Assembly: GCA_027364845.1 (NCBI GenBank)
Contig: DAHXOO010000002.1
Coordinates: 76,422 to 140,421, forward strand
Source: Pseudomonadota bacterium
GTDB lineage: Bacteria; Pseudomonadota; Gammaproteobacteria; Acidiferrobacterales; UBA6901
Direction of reading: 5' to 3'
DNA: 64,000 bases
The notes beneath the pieces were generated by a model. It worked only from the letters and a program-made list of their open reading frames with translations. It was not told where the DNA came from and did no database searches. Below, one piece after another: positions 11,701 through 18,204 of this stretch. Numbering within the stretch: position 1 is the stretch's first letter; every line of letters starts with the position of its first letter. Made by a program: the position numbers and the translations under genes.

Positions 11701-14700
11701 ATCCGGCGGCAGCCGCTGTTGCGTGCCATGTCCCAGTCACTGTCATCGAGGCTGGCTAAACTGCCGTCCGGAAGACGAAAAAACGCCTGGCGCGATTCGA
11801 ACACCAGTCGCGCCGCATCCAGCAGTACACGCGGCTTCTCGGTGCCGGCAGCAATGAAGCGGTACAGCCCTTGTGCGTCAACCTGCGCTTCCACCTCACG
11901 CAGTACAGCGCGCGTCTGAATGCCTCCAGTGTCAGAACCCGCCGCCGGCTCCGTCAGCGCAAAAGCGCTGATCTGTCCACAGGCGAGAAACTGCAGGAAG
12001 CGCCCGTGTGCATGCTCGCGGGCGTCGAGTTCCTGCTGTTCATCCGTAAGCCGCGCACGCACTGCCGGCAACCCGTCCCGGCACTGCCTCAGGCCCGCGC
12101 CGAATGCATTCAGGTCGCGCGCCTTGGCGGCTTCCACCGTCTGCTGCACAAGTGCGAGAAAATCGCGTATCAGGTACTTGAGCGTCGAGCCCGGGAAGAG
12201 GAACATGCTCTGTATCTGCGCGCCCAAGCGCTCCAGTGCCCGACGCAACGGCTTGGGCTCCGGACGCTCGACCATGGTGATGAGTTGGTCCAGGCTATCC
12301 ACCAATGCCCGCCATCCCGGCATGTCGGCCAAGAACGCGCCGATCTCCCGGCGCAACCGCGGCAGATCCTTTTCGCGGCCCAGCAGCACCGGCATAGTGC
12401 CGATGCTGGTGCTGGCCATGACCAGCAGTCCAGTGGCCGTATCCTTTTCGCCCATGCACAGGTTAGTGAGCACCGAGTACTGGGCCTTGCTCCAGCCCTT
12501 TCCCCCGAGTTCCTTGGGCACGATGGTCGCAAAGGCATTGAAGTCGCGCAGCAGCTGGACGTCGCGTTGCGGCATTCCGTGCAGGGAATCTATGTAGCGG
12601 CCATAAGGTTCATCCCTGCGCGGGCTGCGAAAGCCGCGGCGCAACAACCGCAAAACTTCGGCGCGCGTGCGGCGCAGCAGTGGATCGCGCCGATAGTGCT
12701 CGGAGACCAGCAACTCATCGGGCGCGAGCAAGCGGCCGTTCAGAAAGCTACCGCTCTGGTAGATAAATTTCTCGTGCGCCTGCCACGCGAGCGAGTAGCG
12801 CGGTCGCAGCGGCTTGTGCCGCTGCGGATCGGCGTTCGATGGGTGCAATGCACGGATGCGTCGGCGCCCGTTCGCGAACTGCAACAGGCTTTCGGCTACA
12901 ACGTAGTCGATCCCCGGCAGCGTCTGCGCCAGCAATCGTGCTGCAAAATCCGGGTCTTCATTTCCTAGCTCGCGTGATCCCGGCCACTGGCTGAACAGGA
13001 TCGCGTCGCGGTAGCGCGGCGCGAGAATATCTTCCTCCGAATATGCCATGCCCCCGAAGATCTGGCCGGCGAGCCAAGGCACAGCATCCATCCACGGACC
13101 CATGCACTCGCGCACAAACGACAATACCTGGTCCGGCTCACGCTGACACCAGCGACGCGCCAGACCAAGCAGCGTGTACGCATACTCGATGCCCGCCAGC
13201 ATCTGCTTGACTACTCCGAACTTGGCGATGCTATCGCGCCCCTCGATGTCCTGCAGTTCGCCGCGGAACTGAACCCGGGTAGCGGCATATTCGAGCGCGC
13301 GACGGCGTAGTACCGCTGCCTGGCCGAGGGCCAGTGCAACACTCAGCTCGGCCATCGCAGCCGTGACCACAAAGTTGCGAAGATCCGCCTCGACACGCCT
13401 GCGTACCGGCTGGGCAGCATCGGCACCAGCACCGTGCGCAATGATCTCGCCAGCGGATTTCACGCCACCGTGCGGGTCGATAAGCCGCTCGGCGGCAGCC
13501 GACAACCAGTTTGAATTGCCATCCTCCTCGCGCCACAAGGGTGCAGCCAGGGCATCCTCGATCGTGCGCCCGGCGTATTCTTCGGCCAGGTAGTGGCCGG
13601 CGGCGATCCACGCCAGTGCACTCGACCAAGACGCCAACCATTCCACCGCAGTGCCACGGTGCGTGCGTGCAGCGACTATCCAGTCGCAAAGGGCACGTCG
13701 GTCTGATTGTTCCCAGGGCGCGCGCACCAGCGATTTGAGCCTTTCCGGCAAGAAATGAACCTTGAGCTTCTCCCACATGAATTCGTACCGCCGCAGCCGA
13801 TGCGCATGGGGATCACACACATTGCGCTCGTCGATTGGCAACGCCTGCGCCTGCTCCAGCAGGGCATGCACTTCGGTTTCCATCGAGCCGTAAGCATTGC
13901 GCTGCAGCCACGAGCTGACGCGCGCGCGGGTTGATTGCGTCAATTCGCCAGGGGAAATCTCTTTGAGCAGCTTCGTCCAGGCGCGCGGCCACTCCCAGGC
14001 CACCATCGCCGGCCGCGCGCGCAGAGACCGATACAGGCTTTGCCACGAACCGCGCTCAACATCGCTCAAGTGCAGTGGCTCTATCGGGGCAAGTTCCAAC
14101 GCGGAAGTCACGGAAGAGTCCGGACCGCTTCGGGCATTTCCCGGTATCCGATAGACAAACCGATGGCCACTGTTCCGATTCCAGTCCACCCCAGGCACTG
14201 TCACGCGGCAGGATTCGCACTTGATACAGTTTTCGTGCTGGCTCGCGACCCCACCCAGCTGGCTGACCAGGCTGTAGACTTCCGCTGGACAGACGTTGCG
14301 CAGCTGTTGCGCCGAGGCGCCGAGGTGCAGGGGTACAGTCACGTGTCGTGGATCAGGTTGGTGCCGCACAAGCGGGGCGATCCAGGTTGTAGGCGAAGCA
14401 GCGCTGCGGTGCGCCCTGACCCAGTCAAGCTGACTACGCGTGCTGTCCTCATAGCGATGGTAAGGCCGCAGGAGCAATGCGCGCAGCGGTACACGGCCGG
14501 TCTTGTATGCCGCGAGATCACTGAGCAGCGATGCGCCGCCGGATAACGCGCTCAGGCCCAGACCGGCGATGCGAGGAAGCACCAACGGCAAGCGCGCCAT
14601 GCTACGCCAGACCATCGCCACGCGATCGGCGAATGCCGGCAGACGCCGGCCGTAGAAATGGCCGATGGCCTTGGCAGCCAGCGCCAACACGGGATCGTCC

Positions 14701-16103
14701 TGGACCACAATTTCCGCCGGCGCATTGCCGGCATGTGCCACCAGGAAACGCACCTGCAGTGGCACCGCCGTCCGTGCTGCATGCAGACGCGGGCCAAATC
14801 CGCGGGCCAGGCGCAAAGCCTGTGCCGCATCGCGGCGCAGATGGGCGAGTTGAACGCCAAGAGCACGCCGCCGCTGGGCGCAGCGAGCGCCGGGCGGCAG
14901 GTAGTCGGCATCGATCATCTGACCAAGCATGGCGGGCAGGTGGTCAAACAGAGCCGGACCACCGTGGATTGCGCTGGGCCAACGCCGTATAAGCGCGGCA
15001 TTGCGAAAATCGTCGGTATTGCGCAATGCCTCGGCATATTCATGCTCCAGATTTTCACGCGTATAGTCAGAACCATTCCGGCGTATGCGCAATACTGCAT
15101 CGGCAAAGGTCAACGCACTGGTGATGGCAGGCGCAATGAAATTCGGGTAGGGCACCTCTTGCCCGATACCAAGACTGCCGCCGCCAACAGCCAGCCCATC
15201 GCGCACCCACTCCGGCGTTTCGTCGACCCCACCGGAACGAATTACTTTGGCACCATAGGCAATCTGCTGCGCGCCCTCGAGGTAGGATGCAATCACCGGC
15301 AAGTTGCGCACGCGTTCGAAAAGATGCGGGTGATCGGCGATGCTTGCCTGTGCCAGGCGCTCAAGTGGAAGCACCAGGCCAAGCGAGAGCGAGTCGTGGT
15401 TCGTGTACAAGAAGGCGGTCATGTTGAGCCGCGTCGGGCGACCGGCGAGCTGACCGTTGCGTAGCAGCCACTCCTGCGCCACTCCCTCGTCCGATTGCAG
15501 CTGAAATCGCTTTTCGATTTCCGGCGGCGGCAGGCGGAACAGCGCCTTGATGCCTTGGGCATAATGCGGGAGCTTTTTGCGCTCAATGCCTTCGCGCGTC
15601 AGCAAGCCGGCGGCGTCACCTTCGGCGAGAAACACCACGGGAGCCTCCACTGGCCCGCGGTCGGTATTGACACCAACCACACGGTCGCCGTGATAGCGCA
15701 GACCCGTTACCGTGGTGGCAGTGATCAGCGTAGCGCCGAAATCGATGGCGCGACTCGCGAGCCAGCGATCGAGCTTGGGGCGCAGAACCGTCCATGCTTC
15801 GCCGTAATCGTTGCCGGCATGGGCCCGAGCCTCGAAACCGGCAGCATTGATGCCGTCATGCAGAAACAGGCTGCGTGCGACGATACGCCGCTCCTTCGGC
15901 GCCTGCCGCCACAGTTCCTGCCCCAGGACATCTTCGCGCAGCAGGCCCTCAGCATGATAGACGCAACCGGACCAGTTCTCAGCACCCGCATACTCTGCGC
16001 CCTCGAGCACCATCACTGATACTCCGGCGCGGACCAGCCGCAGCGCCGCCGCAATCCCAGCGGGTCCAGCGCCTACGATAAGGACTTCGGGCGAGGAGGG
16101 CAT
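8799..16103 (-). CDS. Giant 2434-aa fusion protein: FixC-like ETF-quinone oxidoreductase + FixX-like ferredoxin + degenerate ACAD-like unit + acyl-CoA dehydrogenase + ETF-beta-like + ETF-alpha-like
   Basis: One uninterrupted 7305-nt ORF with family motifs in one frame along its whole length. They are VLIVGAGPAG (aa 7-16), CPAEVY...ENCIKCESC (aa 605-632) and QIFGGMAYSEED...FSQWPGS (aa 1014-1043). They continue with ALTEPAAGSDTGG (aa 1382-1394), GNKMWITNG, IYEGTNEVQR (aa 1694-1703), LALGVSGAPQHMGW, VAINRDPDAPIF and CCVGDLLEWVPAL (aa 2365-2421). Confidence 0.9.
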   Translation of the reverse strand: MPSSPEVLIVGAGPAGIAAALRLVRAGVSVMVLEGAEYAGAENWSGCVYHAEGLLREDVLGQELWRQAPKERRIVARSLFLHDGINAAGFEARAHAGNDYGEAWTVLRPKLDRWLASRAIDFGATLITATTVTGLRYHGDRVVGVNTDRGPVEAPVVFLAEGDAAGLLTREGIERKKLPHYAQGIKALFRLPPPEIEKRFQLQSDEGVAQEWLLRNGQLAGRPTRLNMTAFLYTNHDSLSLGLVLPLERLAQASIADHPHLFERVRNLPVIASYLEGAQQIAYGAKVIRSGGVDETPEWVRDGLAVGGGSLGIGQEVPYPNFIAPAITSALTFADAVLRIRRNGSDYTRENLEHEYAEALRNTDDFRNAALIRRWPSAIHGGPALFDHLPAMLGQMIDADYLPPGARCAQRRRALGVQLAHLRRDAAQALRLARGFGPRLHAARTAVPLQVRFLVAHAGNAPAEIVVQDDPVLALAAKAIGHFYGRRLPAFADRVAMVWRSMARLPLVLPRIAGLGLSALSGGASLLSDLAAYKTGRVPLRALLLRPYHRYEDSTRSQLDWVRAHRSAASPTTWIAPLVRHQPDPRHVTVPLHLGASAQQLRNVCPAEVYSLVSQLGGVASQHENCIKCESCRVTVPGVDWNRNSGHRFVYRIPGNARSGPDSSVTSALELAPIEPLHLSDVERGSWQSLYRSLRARPAMVAWEWPRAWTKLLKEISPGELTQSTRARVSSWLQRNAYGSMETEVHALLEQAQALPIDERNVCDPHAHRLRRYEFMWEKLKVHFLPERLKSLVRAPWEQSDRRALCDWIVAARTHRGTAVEWLASWSSALAWIAAGHYLAEEYAGRTIEDALAAPLWREEDGNSNWLSAAAERLIDPHGGVKSAGEIIAHGAGADAAQPVRRRVEADLRNFVVTAAMAELSVALALGQAAVLRRRALEYAATRVQFRGELQDIEGRDSIAKFGVVKQMLAGIEYAYTLLGLARRWCQREPDQVLSFVRECMGPWMDAVPWLAGQIFGGMAYSEEDILAPRYRDAILFSQWPGSRELGNEDPDFAARLLAQTLPGIDYVVAESLLQFANGRRRIRALHPSNADPQRHKPLRPRYSLAWQAHEKFIYQSGSFLNGRLLAPDELLVSEHYRRDPLLRRTRAEVLRLLRRGFRSPRRDEPYGRYIDSLHGMPQRDVQLLRDFNAFATIVPKELGGKGWSKAQYSVLTNLCMGEKDTATGLLVMASTSIGTMPVLLGREKDLPRLRREIGAFLADMPGWRALVDSLDQLITMVERPEPKPLRRALERLGAQIQSMFLFPGSTLKYLIRDFLALVQQTVEAAKARDLNAFGAGLRQCRDGLPAVRARLTDEQQELDAREHAHGRFLQFLACGQISAFALTEPAAGSDTGGIQTRAVLREVEAQVDAQGLYRFIAAGTEKPRVLLDAARLVFESRQAFFRLPDGSLASLDDSDWDMARNSGCRRICVGEHAYPYDDIGTVVVTNGKTFYRYWELSGNKMWITNGSVADRYCLYAQTALGETGFMLERRSEGLRIGPNENKLGQRASPTNELTLDRVRVGADQVIGFAGHGQVNALETLSVGRGGLVMSCATLAERVLHEFLPVWQKDPILHAAAQAECDRLQTLAARLMGLMDRSNLQRGDFRIEAAFSKYLASEGAHRILGWLEKLYGPMAAAREVMLEKWRRDIRILNIYEGTNEVQRFLVLKDLPNLLREQATPVVDNAQLDAALQTFRDFVAVRVARLGSAVWQNPDFQARWFPVVDWAAELYSWSALHERIRLLDFHGDPVDRENIARLRASEVSITQHVQDVARMVCADFERAERGEEDPSEAALTLARVALAAPAPADDGPVAVGGLGGEWAVVLRSRFESGARGLDWVGWNPADLAVLDRLLCWSDRFPALQVKVAAIAPHGIDDPLRCLQAAGAEVLHLAQPAGAADMAGAAQAIMHAWPQVRRWAFGCAASSVRDHGFVANMGRLLGIDLVEGATAVGAVARGLWMEDASWKRWFIADQRRTAFVWDLKPNGRTGHYGVRDWLAVLRTELKGSEISAQLLAAAVRPLSPLPAGDLPRRFDDADELATWIKGRFGTAAIADKPAAMRPAQVPLAGPNLWLTSADMLTGASRAPALRALVVLGAGFGVLTWHRVGQTPSPGSFVLAQPGFAGLWQLPVQGEVLWGALADVLAAHIGVPQRIVLGAEHRALGAVLAARLGIPLFDEVIRVTPDAVTCSHDGYEADYPLPRAALLIINRAGPKVELAAPASTPILVTMLPVARLRSSALVRARAHSAAAIGGLAAAKIIVDVGLGIANQSTYKELVPPLCVALERLSGTAVELGATRKVTQELKLLPTDRQIGQTGVPVAPTLLLALGVSGAPQHMGWIDRGAVVVAINRDPDAPIFSWSRQNPGPHVICCVGDLLEWVPALVRSLTADAAVQSV
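8829..9731 (-). other. Domain of giant ORF: ETF alpha (FixB/YdiR)-like module including the FAD-binding C-terminal domain (aa ~2125-2425)
   Basis: IIVDVGLG...ELGATRKV...RQIGQTGVPVAPTLLLALGVSGAPQHMGW...VVVAINRDPDAPIF...VGDLLEWVPAL matches the conserved ETF-alpha C-terminal FAD-binding region. Confidence 0.85.
9924..10532 (-). other. Domain of giant ORF: ETF beta (FixA/YdiQ)-like module (aa ~1858-2060)
   Basis: WAVVLRS...WNPADLAVLDRLLCW...VKVAAIAPHGIDDPLRCLQAAGAEVLHL follows the ETF-beta pattern (beta strand, N-x-x-D-x-x-A-[LV]-[ED], then G-x-x-x-x-x-x-L-R-x-x-x-A-x-G-A-[DE]). The assignment is weaker than for the alpha module. Confidence 0.55.
10974..12611 (-). other. Domain of giant ORF: complete acyl-CoA dehydrogenase (N, beta and C domains, with insertions; aa ~1165-1710)
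   Basis: ACAD signature 1 ALTEPAAGSDTGG, GNKMWITNGSVADRY, LGQRASPTNELTLDRVRV and the C-terminal IYEGTNEVQR, which retains the catalytic Glu. Confidence 0.85.
12984..13391 (-). other. Domain of giant ORF: degenerate acyl-CoA dehydrogenase C-terminal helical domain lacking the catalytic Glu (aa ~905-1040)
   Basis: LEYAATRVQFRGEL and QIFGGMAYSEEDILAPRYRDAILFSQWPGS align to the ACAD C-terminal pattern (Y-A-x-x-R-x-x-F-G ... Q-x-x-G-G-x-G-[YF] ... I-Y-E-G-T). The YEGT position reads WPGS here. Confidence 0.6.
14139..14351 (-). other. Domain of giant ORF: FixX/YdiT-like ferredoxin (aa ~585-655)
   Basis: CPAEVY followed by the C-x2-C-x2-C cluster ENCIKCESC, as in FixX-type 4Fe-4S ferredoxin-like proteins. 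Confidence 0.7.
14910..16088 (-). other. Domain of giant ORF: FixC/YdiS-like FAD-dependent ETF:quinone oxidoreductase (aa ~6-398)
   Basis: N-terminal Rossmann GxGxxG (VGAGPAGIAAA). Length and sequence run match FixC-type proteins (DRWLASRA..GATL, FLAEGDAAGLL, LAVGGGSLG). Confidence 0.8.
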
Positions 16104-16419
16104 AATTTTTATTGTTCCGTATATGGTTAGTTATAGCAAAGGTCGGCGTGGCGGGTGTTGGCACATTGCTGGCATCGGATTGACTGCCCGGGGTGGGCGC
16201 CGCCAGGGGGCGTTTTTTGGAGTATGAAGCGGAGCGATTCGCATCTGGCCGCGTGCAACATCGGCGGGTTACGGTGACTTGGCTGATACACTGAGAGGAG
16301 GAATCGCCGGCGGAGCGGGTGCCGCACGCTTCATTCCGAACCTGAACAACGCGACTTGTCGCGCATCCTGGTCGTGGCCCGCATACGAAGCGCCCGGTGC
16401 CGGCTTCGTGGCCAGCATG

Positions 16420-16446
16420 GAAAAAGCGGTGCCTGATTGCTCAGGC
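16420..16446 (-). terminator. Candidate rho-independent terminator after the tlpA-like gene
   Basis: The minus strand reads GCCTGA-GCAA-TCAGGC (6-bp stem), then ACCGCTTTTTCC (T5). Confidence 0.4.
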
Positions 16447-16586
16447 AATTGACCCCGCCAAGGAAGATTTGTTGCACAGACAGGGCGAGACCCGGGTCTG
16501 CGGCGACGGCGAGCGCGTCCCAAGTCTCTCAGACTCATCGGCACGGAGCACGGGCCAGTTTGGCCACGCCCGCATACCGCGACAAA

Positions 16587-17141
16587 TCAGCCCGGCGCTG
16601 GCGCCCTATGCCGGTGTGAAACCGTCGGGGCCGAGGGAGCAGGACGCGGCAGCAGCTGCATCAGGCGCGCCTGCAGCTTCGGGGCCGACCAGTCCCTGCC
16701 GCCGACCAGGACATCGACCAAGCGTCCGTGCGGGTCGATTACGTAACTTGTTGGCAGCCCGACCATCCCCCACTTCCTGCTGACCGCGGCATTCTGGTCA
16801 AGCAGGATCGGGTATGTGATCTTCATTTGTGCGGCGAAGGGCTGCACTATGCTCCATCCCTCGCCGACTTCCACCCCGAGAATCACGAACCCTCTGTCCT
16901 TAAACTTTTCGTAGGTGCGCTCCATAGAAGGAATCTCAATGAGGCATGGCGGGCACCATGTCGCCCAAAAATTCACGATGACGAGCTTGCCGCGATAATT
17001 TGTAAGATGCCGCACTTTGCCATTGAGATCCTTTAGGGAGAAATTCGGAGCGACGCGTGCTGCCGTAGATACGGCCGGCACGGCATGGCCGGCGGGCACA
17101 GCGGCGAGCCACACGATTGCGGCGGCAGCGAAGCGCGTCAT
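16587..17141 (-). CDS. Periplasmic thiol:disulfide oxidoreductase, TlpA/ResA/redoxin family
   Basis: WATWCPPC thioredoxin motif. Signal peptide MTRFAAAAIVWLAAVPAGHA from ATG at 17141; the track start at 17198 is likely over-extended. Confidence 0.85.
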   Translation of the reverse strand: MTRFAAAAIVWLAAVPAGHAVPAVSTAARVAPNFSLKDLNGKVRHLTNYRGKLVIVNFWATWCPPCLIEIPSMERTYEKFKDRGFVILGVEVGEGWSIVQPFAAQMKITYPILLDQNAAVSRKWGMVGLPTSYVIDPHGRLVDVLVGGRDWSAPKLQARLMQLLPRPAPSAPTVSHRHRAPAPG

Positions 17142-17146
17142 CACGG

Positions 17147-17767
17147 TTACTTCTCCATCGCTGAACGAGTGGCAGAGCATAACACGTTGCGCACCCATGC
17201 CTGTTCTGGTACGCCGTTTTCGGTCCAGCGGACCTGCAGATCGAAGCGCTGGCCGGGACCCAGGTTGGCGGTAACCATTCCCTGCAGCCAGTCGCCGCCA
17301 CCAAGCCGCTCCACGGTCGGAAGCATGGCGTAGCGGAAAGCGATCTGCGCCGAGGGTGCGACCCGCTCCTTACCCCATTGTCGGTGCCAGTCTGCTTCGA
17401 GGCGAAGCTGGTTCTTGTGGCCGTCGGCAACCACCCGCCAATCACCGAGATTGATCCGGATCGTCCTGGCTGCGGACAGGTTCTTCACAACGACCGCCAT
17501 TACGCAGGCATCAGCGATCTGCCGTGAAACGCTGGGTGTGAAGCCGCGCCCCTGGAAAAACGCCTCGGTCAGATCGATAGGGCGCTGGACAAGCTCGACG
17601 GCCAGTCCGTCCTGCCGGGCTACTGCCCAGTGCGGCAATGCGGTTTGGGACAGAGGACTGGAGGCGTTCGCCGTTGCCGCATAGCCCGCAACAAAAGCGA
17701 CTACCAAGAGCGTCAACACCATCCTGCAGCGGCACGAACCGCGTATGTCGCGAAAGATGCCGACCAT
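17147..17767 (-). CDS. Hypothetical secreted protein (~206 aa), unknown family
   Basis: The C-terminal 206 codons of track ORF 17147-18253 start at ATG 17767 and carry a signal-like MVLTLLVVAFVAGYAATANA. The upstream 160 codons are Arg/Pro-rich junk. I recognise no family motif. Confidence 0.6.
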   Translation of the reverse strand: MVGIFRDIRGSCRCRMVLTLLVVAFVAGYAATANASSPLSQTALPHWAVARQDGLAVELVQRPIDLTEAFFQGRGFTPSVSRQIADACVMAVVVKNLSAARTIRINLGDWRVVADGHKNQLRLEADWHRQWGKERVAPSAQIAFRYAMLPTVERLGGGDWLQGMVTANLGPGQRFDLQVRWTENGVPEQAWVRNVLCSATRSAMEK

Positions 17768-18204
17768 CGAATCTGCCCCCGTCAATCTTAGCCCGCGCTG
17801 GTAGCGGGAGTTTGCGGCATCACTGCCGACATAAAGAAACTCGCGCTGGGCGCAGCGCTGGCTGCCATTGGGTGGCGCGAACCTTCCACTTCGATTGGGT
17901 CTTGCCCGCCAAGGATGGGGCCCGCCGTTCTGCCAATACTCGATATGTGCCCGGTTGCAGGCCGCCACTGTCCGGGACTCGGCCACGGGCAAGGATCGGG
18001 ACGACTTTGGACGCAATAGCGGGTGGCATGTATTGATCTGGTTCTTCGCCCAAGAATCAGCGCTGCGCTGGGTCCTGGTTCGATTCAAAATCGTGGATCC
18101 CCGGTGACGACAGCGGCGTTTGCAAAAAAACGCACGTTGTCCGAACAAGCGCCGGTTAGGTCGACGGCAACTCATAGTGATTCCGTCACCACGAAGAGCG
18201 CTGG

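Noticed and set aside
11871-12968. 365-aa plus-strand ORF (with several others: 14658-15464, 13935-14546, 11920-12597) antisense to the giant gene
   Set aside because: These are shadow ORFs in GC-rich DNA with no motifs and Arg/Ala/Gln-rich composition. The opposite strand carries clear ACAD/FixC motifs.
16196-16226. GC-rich segment followed by T6 on the plus strand upstream of the giant gene
   Set aside because: Only a 4-bp stem can be drawn and no plus-strand gene precedes it, so it is not a credible terminator.
18071-18100. GGTTCGATTC, resembling a tRNA T-loop
   Set aside because: The flanking bases cannot form a T-stem, and no acceptor or anticodon arms are present. It is not a tRNA.
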